Below the pieces are notes generated by a model. The model worked only from the letters and a program-made list of their open reading frames with translations, was not told the origin of the DNA and did no database searches. Below, piece after piece: positions 54,106 to 64,000 of a DNA stretch of 64,000 nucleotides. Each line of letters begins with the position of its first letter. The first letter of the stretch is position 1. Origin of the DNA: Octopus vulgaris (Eukaryota); contig OX597838.1 of NCBI GenBank assembly GCA_951406725.2, positions 9,796,001 through 9,860,000 on the forward strand, read 5' to 3'. A program made the translations under genes and the position numbers.

Positions 54106-55777
54106 TATTATTGTTCATAATATGGCGTAGAGTTGTGGGCTGATGGCATTCAGAAGTTCATGGAAGAAAGTTGGCATAAAAGAAAGAAACTGTTCATTGA
54201 TGTGATCAGAGTTAGTGGTGCAAAGATGGTGTGAAAAACAAAGAGGCTGGTTCCCATGAGGAAGAAATGATGTTGCTAGTATGCTGTCTTTCTGCTAACT
54301 GATTGAAACACCTGCTTCTCTTCGTGGGCAGAGAACTGCTTTTGGGTATTAATACACGCCTAGCCCTGATTGGCTGGAATTGCCATAGCACGACTATACT
54401 ACAATGTGCTAACAAAAAAATAACTTCCCTGACATGCTACAAGGATAAGCATTGTTAATTCTATGATTATATTATTAAGATTCAGAATTAAGCAATGTAC
54501 AAGCATGTCTATGTGGTAAGAAGCTTGGTCCCTAACCACATGGTTCTGGGTTCAGGCCCACTTGCCACTGGGCAAGTGTCTTCTACTATAGCCTCAGGCT
54601 AACTAAAGTCATGTGAGTAAATTTGGTTGAAGGAAACTGAAAGAAGCCTATTGTATATTTGTATATTGGATGTTTAATATCTACCAAAAAATAGAATTAG
54701 TATTTTCTGTATGTCATGTTGCCTCAATAAAATTGATATACCTCAACAAAAAAATTGTTTGAAACAAGACATTTCTCGAGAGAAGATAGATTGGTATATA
54801 AAACTGCTTTCTGGATACAATCAAAATTTGATTATTCTTATTTCTATAACTTTGTCCAAAACATCCAACCTTATTTTCAAACTTTTAATTAGCCCTTATT
54901 TCATATGTTCTGAGAAATATAAAGCTTTCCTTTCATAAGCCCTAGGTTACTCTCACAGCTTTTTAATATTCTCCCAAAGAGTCTGAGGAACTTGCACAAA
55001 GTAGATGTAGGGGTTTTTAAATCAAAGCTGGACCTTTTCCTGTTGAGAGTCCCATATGACGAGGAAAGGGTTAATATCACAACGTACCATTTGAGAAAAA
55101 AAAGGACATAGTAGATAATGTATTCTCTTGAAAAATAAAGATATGGATACACTGTGTCAAGACAAAATTTAAGACAGCATAGTCACAGTTGAATAGCTTT
55201 GATCACGTCGGCTCAATCATGGCTGAACTGGGATTTAAACAACAATAACAATAACAACAACTTTTAGCTGAAAGGAGAGACTCCATAATTGGCAGGTGTT
55301 TCACAAGCTTAGGTTACCGAATTTAAAACACTCGGATGAATATAAATGGAAGTGTCTGAGGCCAAATGAGGCTTATTTGCCATAGATATCCTTCACAAAG
55401 GTAAAAGTCTTTTAAAGAGCCTTTACAACTTGAATATCTCTAGCTGTTCCAAAGGATAAGCTTGAATAAAACTTCTTTTGCTCTTTGTCACTGTTCAGCT
55501 CCACTTTGGTATAAATGTATCTAATGTAAAATAAGAGCATAGCTGAAAGTAATCTACTTCGTTCCAATTTGAAATTTCTTTCCTCAATGATTTTAACCAT
55601 ACACAAATAAATGCAACGTGTTTGAACAGCACACGAAGCTCTAATAATTCTGCAATCGATCCACTGTCATCTCTAAAATGGCTTCAGATAATTGCATAGA
55701 ACGAAAAACCAGTTCACGCTCGGCTTGCCGTACATAACCTGATGTTAAAATTAGCAAATGGTTAAAACAACACACCC

Positions 55778-56184
55778 AGTGGCTGTGTGGTAAGTAGCTT
55801 GCTAACCAACCGCATGGTTCCGGGTTCAGTCCCACTGCGTGGCATCTTGGACAAGTGTCTTCTGCTATAGCCCCCGGGCCGACCAATGCCTTGTGAGTGA
55901 ATTTGGTAGACGGAAACTGAAAGAAGCCTGTCGTATATATGTATAAATATATATGTATGTGTGTGTGTTTGTGTGTCTGTGTTTGTCCCCCTAGCATTGC
56001 TGGACAACCGATGCTGGTGTGTTTACGTCCCCGTCACTTAGCGGTTCGGCAAAAGAGATCGATAGAATAAGTACTGGGCTTACAAAAAGAATAAGTCCCG
56101 GGGTCGATTTGCTCGACTAAAAGGCGGTGCTCCAGCATGGCCGCAGTCAAATGACTGAAACAAGTAAAAGAGTAAAAGAGAGAG
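55778..56184 (+). mobile_element. SINE family A, near full length
   Basis: Family A sequence. Confidence 0.92.
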
Positions 56185-56977
56185 TTCATGATTAAAATAC
56201 AACCAGTTTCTCCCATAACAACACTGAAACCACCTTACAGAGAACCTACTTGATATCCACACACTGTGTTTGCTTGAAGCGGTTTACGTCTCGGATGTGC
56301 TGTGTCTTCTACACATTCCAGCTAAAGAACAAATCAACTTTGTTTTAACTTAGTAATACTGCAATCTTTTGGTTAAGTTTTATGCTCAGAAATATGCCAA
56401 AACCAAGAAAGACCTGAGGGGAAATAAGCAGATGTTATTGCCAGAAATGTGGTGCTTACCAAATCTAAAGACTCAACTCTTTTGGTGATGTGACAATGCT
56501 AGTAACAAGGATTTCTTAGATTGGTACAAAGCCAGGACTTTTGTTGTAGACAGGAATAGTCTATGATTGGTACTTGTTTTATTGGTGATGTAAAAAGACA
56601 ATCGTGGTGTTTCTTTGAACACAGGATATAATGGGATACAACTCAAATACTATTAGGTCCTGTATCATTTCTATCATTTCAACACTTTTATCATTATTTT
56701 TTAAGGTTTATTATTATTATTATGATGATGATGATTATGATTATTATTATTATTATTATTATTATTATCATTATTATCTTTTTTTTCCTCTTCTTTCAAA
56801 TTTGCTTCCATTTCTTGCCGAGTGTCTTCCCGACTCCTAGGGCAAAGAAACTCATAGTATACATTGGTAGGCCATTAAACTAAACTCACTAGTTCGTTCA
56901 TTTAAAAAATTTTTTTTTTTAAAGTTAAATTAAAATACATGGGTATTACAACATCTTTTAGCTGAAAGGAGAGACTC

Positions 56978-57037
<60 letters not shown>

Positions 57038-57066
57038 TACTATTATTATTATTATTATTATTATTA

Positions 57067-57104
<38 letters not shown>

Positions 57105-58078
57105 TTACACAAGTAAATATCACAAGATATTTTTCCTGCTGTTGAATATGTGTGCTCCCCAACTCTTATGGAGAGCAATTTACAAATATTTTAACTGTAA
57201 AAGATTAGTTTAATGAATATCATCTCTAATCATTTTTTTTCTTTTTTTTTTTTAAATGAATTAATTAGAAGTCTTCTTTTCAGTTAAATAAGAGAAAACC
57301 ATTAAACTCCCTTTTTTTATGTATCACTAATAGGAAGCAAGCAAAAAAGCAATTTGCTCCGATCCAAGACAAAAAAAACGTATACACCTTTCAAGTTCTT
57401 TTTGTTTTCCTTTTCCAACGAAACAGCTGAAGCTTGTGAAATATTTACAGAAACTAAGGACTACGGTGTGAAAATTGCTCATCGTAAAAGCAAAGATGTT
57501 TGATAGATTTTCATGATAAACGGAGAGAACAGAAGAGACCAGAAGATAAAAGGAAACACGAGATGCTAAAGAGAATTCTTTTTGGCTGACATTGAAGTGG
57601 ATTGCTTTTGTAATACAGTCGAAACTTTCAAGAAGTAGCATATTCAACTGGGAATACCCTATTCAAGAGATTGAGGTGGATGGGTGGGTGGGTGCTGATA
57701 AGAGTGCGTATTTGGAATTTTGTGATTTTTAAATGATTTTGTTCGTTTCAAGTGCAAAATACGATCTACATGGTGTGAAAAAAATAAAATAATAATAAAG
57801 TGAAGAATCATGTTATCTCCCGTACTCTGGTGCAGGTGCATTAGATAATCGATAAGCTGTGGATAGGTGAGTCTATGTTGTTAGTTCAATTCCTAGTTGA
57901 GGTATATCAATCCATTCACTCCTGATATCCAGAAGGTGTAGTCAGTAGTCATAGAGGACCGTGTATTTGTGTTTCCAGTTTGAGCATAATGGGGTTTTAT
58001 TAATAAAGTGTATGTAATATATTTTTATGCTCAGGATGCAACTGTAGCTTATTTTCAGGTTATCATCATCATCACCAT

Positions 58079-58114
<36 letters not shown>

Positions 58115-58844
58115 TATCATCAACATTTAATGACTATTTTCCATGCTGGTATGGGTTGGATAACTTGACAGGAACTGGTAAGGCCAGGGTTTGAACCAGG
58201 TTCCTTGGTCTGTTTTAGCTTGGTTTCTATGGCTGGATGCCATTCCTAATGCCAACCACTTCACAGAGTGTTCTAAGTGCTTTTTATGTGGCACCATCAC
58301 TCACACTAATATTTTTCCATGGCACCTTGGTCTTAGGATCTCAATTCTGTTGTGGTGGGCAAGTCTCTCAAGAACAGCAATCTCAAGTACAACATATCTC
58401 AGTCCTTTGTCATCTCCTTCATAAGGTTCATATGAGCAAGTGTCTTCTACTGTAGCCTTGTGAGTGGATTTGGTAGATGGAAACTGAAAGAAGCGCATTG
58501 CATATATATGTGTGGGTGTGAGTGTTTCTTTGCAAATTGTAAAATTCATGTTTGCGTGATCACCTATATGTTGTAGTCTGCAATTTTTGTCTTGGATAGA
58601 AGTCTGCTACAGAGATATTGAGCATGCTTTGGCAAGCTTACAGCAATGAGGGTACTGCTCATGCAAGATGTTTCTTGTGGCACGGGTGCTTCAAAAGTAG
58701 AACACTCCTGTAAGATGATGAGCGATCTGGAAGACTTTCCACAAGTGTCACCACCAGAAATGTGGTATTGTGAATTGAGAATTCATCCCTCAGGGCCAGA
58801 CCATCAGTTCAGAGTTCAGCATGGATCTATGCATGCTTGACAAG

Positions 58845-59990
58845 AAAGACAGTCCCAATAAAATCGAAAATGCATTTGGCCTAGGTGGGAATGTTGTCCT
58901 TGGTCTCCTTGATGCTGTAGGAGTATCAGACAATAAAGGTTTCAAAACATTTTTGATAATTATTTTTCACAAATATCCAACCGATGGAGAAACTTTCTGA
59001 GAAAGGAATATATGCGTCAGGAACCTGCAGAGAAAATAGGATGGCTAGATATCCTTTCAAAACGAAAACTGAAATGAAAGCATGCCCCAGGGGAACAGTT
59101 GACTTCAAATATAGTCGCTGTGAAATGGAAAGATAATAACGATGTTGTTCTGCTATCAAACTTTGAAACCTATAAAATGTCCACTGTTGAGCGCTATGAT
59201 AGACCTCAAAAGAAATATGTTCCAATTCCACAGCCTGAAAACATCCAAAACTACAACAAGTATATGGATTTGTTGACCTTCTGGATCATAACATCGGTTC
59301 CTATGGGATTCAAATGTGGCAAAATAAATGGTGGTGGCCTATTTTTCATATTTTGTATCTGTGGCAAACCAAAATGCATGCATCCTGTTGAATAGAGCAG
59401 GGCACAAAATTACATGATACAATTTCGTTGAAAACATTTCTCTAACTCTATTGGCACTCCAAAGTTTCAAGGGAAACACACATCTGCTCATTTGAAAGAT
59501 GATACAAGATATGATAGTGTTCAACATTGGATTGAATATAACCCAAATGAAAGGAGATGCAAAGAGTGCTCTGGGAAAAGTCATTTTATATGTGAAAAAT
59601 GTGATGTAGGAGTTCGTCCCAAATGTTTCAAGAAGAATCATGTTCAGTAAAGCTGTAGAGTTTCATTTCAAAAGGATATATTTTACAAAATAAATTTTCA
59701 GTTTTCATTAATATCTTATTTATATGAACAGGAATAATTTTCATAATAAAGTTATGGTCAGATAGAATACTTTTTATTAGCCTCTAAATAAGTAAATTGC
59801 ACAGTTAACAAGCTTATTAAAGATTCATATGCGCAGTGCCTAATCTCCGTTATAACTGACAGTGATTATTTCAGGAAATATCAAACGGAGTTCAATGAAT
59901 TTTTTTTTCACTTGATATTTAGGTCAACATAATAGTACCTGTGAATTTCCAGGCAATTTCATTCATTAGAAAAATTTCATCACAAATGGG
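58845..59990 (+). mobile_element. Decayed piggyBac (PGBD3-like) transposon, 3' half
   Basis: FGLGGNVVLGLL, FFDNYFS, GIYASGTCRENR, IVAVKWKDN, IPQPENIQNYNKYM, KWWWPIF, and a C-terminal Cys-rich RRCKECSGKSHFICEKCDVGVRPKCF. Right end ...CACAAATGGG|TTGA. Confidence 0.9.
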
Positions 59991-59993
59991 TTG

Positions 59994-60425
59994 AGGCAGT
60001 GAGCTGTGGCAGGTAAAACACTTAGCAGCATTTTGTTCCTCTTTACATTCTGAGTTCAAATTCTGCTGAGGTCGACTTTGCCTTTCGTCCTTTCAGGGTC
60101 ATTAAAATAAGCAATAAGTACCAGTTGATCACTGTGGTTACTATATATTTCTTTACTACCCATAAGGGGCTAAACACAGAAGGGACAAACGGATTAAGTC
60201 GGTTACATCGACCCCAGTGCGTAACTGGTATTTAATTTATTGACCCCGAAAGGATGAAAGGCAAAGTCAACCTCGGCGGAATTTGAACTCAGAATGTAGC
60301 GGCAGATGAAATACCGCTAAGCATTTCGCCCGGCGTGCTAACGTTTCTGCCAGCTCGCCACCTGTGGTTAATATAATTGACTTACCCACTCCCCTAAGAT
60401 TTCTGGCCCTGTACCAAAATTTGAA
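59994..60425. mobile_element. Old family B-like SINE (+) with a younger family B copy nested in opposite orientation (about 60146-60363)
   Basis: ctgtggtta is repeated on both sides of the insert. Confidence 0.82.
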
Positions 60426-60535
60426 ATCAATAATATTCTAGTTTAAGAATGTGTGTGTGTGTGGTGCATTTATGTGTGTGTGGTGCATGTATGTGTGTGT
60501 GTGAGTGTTATATATCATATACATACTTCGTTTGT

Positions 60536-60853
60536 GAAGGCACATGGTTCAGTGGTTAGAGCACCAGGCTCACAATCATGAGGTAGTGAGTTCGATTCCT
60601 GGACCAGGCTGCGTGTTGTGTTCTTGAGCAAGACACTTCATTTTCACATTACTCCACTTCACTCAGCTGTAGAAATGGGTTGCGATGTCACAGGTGCCAA
60701 GCTGTATCAGCCTTTGCCATTCTCTTGGATAATATTGGTGGTATGGAGAGGGGGAGGCTGGTATGCATGGGTGACTGCTGGTCTTCCATAAACAATCTTG
60801 CCCGGACTTGTGCCTTGGAGGGGAACTTTCTAGGTGCAATCCCATGGTCATTC
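60536..60853 (+). mobile_element. tRNA-headed SINE (different family; V/Meta-domain-like core)
   Basis: TGGTTCAGTGGTTAGAGC...GAGTTCGATTCC head, then TTGTGTTCTTGAGCAAGACACTT. Confidence 0.78.
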
Positions 60854-60930
60854 AGGGTCCATCTTTAACTGACATCTTTATTTCTTTTGCTTTACTTTTT
60901 TTATCATCTCTCATTTTCTAAAAAAAATTA

Positions 60931-61378
60931 TTCTTAATATTTTATTTTCAGTGATAATATTTTTATTCTTAATTATTCTTAATATTTTATTTATTTTAAT
61001 TATTTATTTTAATTATTTTTATTTATTTATTTATTTATTTTAATCACTTATTTATTTTATTAATTATTTATTTATTTTAATTATTTATTTTAATTATTTA
61101 TTTATTTTAATTATTTATTTATTTTAATTATTTATTTTAATTATTTATTTTTATTTATTTATTTTAATTATTTATTTATTTTATTAATTATTAATTATTT
61201 ATTTATTATTATTATTTATTTATTTTAATTTATTTATTTATTTATTTATTTTAATTATTTATTTATTTTATTAATTATTAATTATTTATTTATTATTATT
61301 ATTTATTTATTTTAATTTATTTATTTTAATTATTTATTTTAATTATTTATTTTAATTATTCTTAATATTCTATTTCCA
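60931..61378. repeat. AT-only degenerate minisatellite (ttatttattttaa-like)
   Basis: Direct reading. Confidence 0.95.
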
Positions 61379-61379
61379 G

Positions 61380-61531
61380 TGATAAAGACTGCTCACAGCT
61401 ACATATACTGGAACCAGCTTGGAAATTTCAGCGAAACCGCATGACATTCGAAGAGGTCAACAATGTGTTCCAAGCTGTCCATGGCATGAGCTGTTGTCAC
61501 CATTGCATAGTATACAATAATTTCCGTATCG
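61380..61531 (+). CDS. Candidate internal exon (possibly gene Y)
   Basis: Acceptor ttctatttccag, donor ATCG|GTAAGA. The only open frame is DKDCSQLHILEPAWKFQRNRMTFEEVNNVFQAVHGMSCCHHCIVYNNFRI; phase-2 entry matches the 31066 donor. Family not recognised. Confidence 0.5.
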
Positions 61532-61846
61532 GTAAGAAGGTCCGCGACTTAATAATATGTGGCTTATCGTGGATCGGACATCCATTCAGGATTTCATACC
61601 AGCAAGAAGTTTTCGTTGACAGTCTTGTGACAAAAGAGAAACAATAAACACAATTTTTTACTATTTATAACTATAGCTACTATTGATATTGTTTATTCAG
61701 CCCTTGATGGGGCAGACTTATTATCAAAGCATCTTCAACTCCTGACCAACCCAACTTATATACACAACATGGCTTCTGCAAGGTTTTGTCTATCAAATTC
61801 ATTTGTCAGCCCTGGGGGTGTCTTGTTGAAGGGGTCATACAGCTCA

Positions 61847-62262
61847 AGGCGGCGAGCTGGCAGAACTGTTAGCACGCCGGGCGAAATGCGTAGCCGTATT
61901 TCGTCTGCCGTTACGTTCTGAGTTCAAATTCCGCCGAGGTCGACTTTGCCTTTCATCCTTTCGGAGTCGATAAATTAAGTACCAGTTACGCACTGGGATC
62001 GATATAATCGGCTTAATCCATTTGTCTGTCCTTGTTTGTCCTCTCTGTGTTTAGCCCCTTGTGGGTAGTAAAGAAATACGTATTTCGTCTGCTGTTACGT
62101 TCTGAGTTCAAATTCCGCCGAGGTCAACTTTGCCTTTCATCCTTTCGGGGTCGATAAATTAAGTACCAGTTACGCACAGGGGTCGATGTAATCGACTTAA
62201 TCCGTTTGTCTGTCCTTGTTTGTCCCCTCTGTGTTTAGCCCCTTGTGGGTAGTAAGGAAATA
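61847..62262 (+). mobile_element. SINE family B tandem dimer
   Basis: Full unit followed by a second unit starting at the internal gtatttcgtc junction. Confidence 0.9.
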
Positions 62263-62542
62263 GGTGTCATACAGGGACATGAACACACCAATACCAGTTG
62301 TCAAGCAGTGGTGGGGGACAAACACAAAGACACACACACACACAGATATATACGTATCTATACAATGGGATTCTTTCAGTTTCCATAAACCATGTCCTCT
62401 CACAAGGCTTTGGTCAGCCTGAGGCTATAGTAGAAAACACTTGCCCATGCAGTGGGACTGAACTCAGAACCATGCAGTTTGGAAGCAAGCTTCTTACGTG
62501 GCTTCTACACAGCTATGCCTGCACTTTCTTTTCTTCTTTTTT

Positions 62543-62739
62543 TCTTTTTTACTTGTTTCAGTCAATTGACTGCGGCCATGCTGGAGCACCGCCTTTAGTC
62601 GAGCAAATCGACCCCGGGACTTATTCTTTGTAAGCCCAGTACTTATTCTATCGGTCTCTTTTGCCGACCCGCTGAATTACGGGGACGTAAACACACCAGC
62701 ATCAGTTGTCAAGCAATGCTGGGGGGGGGGTGGCAAACA

Positions 62740-62780
<41 letters not shown>

Positions 62781-62954
62781 GTACATATATACGACAGGCT
62801 TCTTTCAGTTTCCGTCTACCAAATCCACTCACAAGGCATTGGTCGGCTCGGGGCTATAGCAGAAGACACTTGCCCAAGATGACACGCAGTGGGACTGAAC
62901 CCAGAACCATGTGGTTGGTAAGCAAGCTACTTACCACACAGCCACTCCTGCGCC
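62543..62954 (-). mobile_element. SINE family A, full length (older copy adjacent at about 62273-62520)
   Basis: Complete family A sequence. Confidence 0.92.
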
Positions 62955-63562
62955 TATATACCCTACACTGATATATATATATTTTAAAAATCAATTGCAA
63001 ATTTAACTTTAAAAAAAAACTGGAAGTTGATTTCCAATCAATAAAAAAAAAAATATTCCATTTTCTTTCAGTGAAATTCATTTCCAGTTTAAATTTCAAT
63101 GTTATAGTCTCAACACACACACACACACACACTCTTTCCCACCTCCACGTCCATCACAATCCCTATAACCACAGCTCTGTTTTTGGAAAAAAAAAAAAAT
63201 TAAAGATTTATCAATTTGGAACATGCTTCATTTGGGAAAAAGAAATTAAGGAAATTTAATTATGGATCGACTCGTGCCTTGTGAGTGGAATTTCAATGAC
63301 GGAAACTGCATAATGGACCCTTGTCATCTGTGTGTCTGCTGCTACCAGAAAACGAGACTGTGACTTCTCCTGTGATATTAATTTTTACTCTTGATAAATT
63401 ATGACGAGCAATCAAGACCCTCAAAATTCAAGAGCTGATTCAGATTGAAATAGGTTATCAAAATAATTAATTCAAATGAATTCATAATCTTCAAAAAGTT
63501 AATACTTGGTGGTTTCATGGTAAACATAAACATTACTGCTTATACATGCATTCATCCATCCA

Positions 63563-63605
<43 letters not shown>

Positions 63606-63718
63606 CTAAAATATAATATAATAAATGCACAAAAAAATGGAAAACAGATACAGAAGGTCACCAAATCCCCATCAGTTATCAGCCAGAGGGTCAAACGCAA
63701 TTTCATGCCTTCAACAAT

Positions 63719-63817
<99 letters not shown>

Positions 63818-63890
63818 AGTGTGTGTATATATATAATAATAATAATAATAATATAAATAGTATGTATATATGTATATATATACATACATA

Positions 63891-63932
<42 letters not shown>

Positions 63933-64000
63933 TATATTTGTACAGGACGTCACCAACTGTTTAAACATGAAGTATGAAAACAAATGAGTTAAATACGCAA

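Overview
Repeat-dense, AT-rich metazoan genomic DNA. The tRNA-derived SINE families and very long microsatellites suggest an octopus or other coleoid cephalopod; this is an inference from remembered repeat families, not a database match. Nearly all ORFs in the supplied track are microsatellite or SINE artefacts. Supportable coding sequence: (1) the first coding exon of MSL3 (minus strand, 2189-2305); (2) an unidentified multi-exon minus-strand gene from about 30.6 kb to about 13.2 kb, with several phase-compatible exons; (3) a head-to-head plus-strand gene starting at 30909 with a hydrophobic N-terminus and a candidate phase-compatible exon at 61.4 kb. The rest is SINEs, LINE 3' fragments (R4/Dong, CR1, RTE-like), decayed DNA transposons (Tc1, maT/DD37D, hAT-Buster, piggyBac), MITEs and Helitron-like elements. 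The most unusual observations are a fold-back chimera of a mini-LTR, a reverse-transcribed CCA-ended tRNA-Trp and an inverted LTR end nested in a hAT fossil (15.9-16.8 kb); several minimal hammerhead-ribozyme motifs, one with an intact core at 28448-28533; a complete tRNA-Val(AAC) fused to a SINE tail; and a five-unit SINE-derived tandem array.
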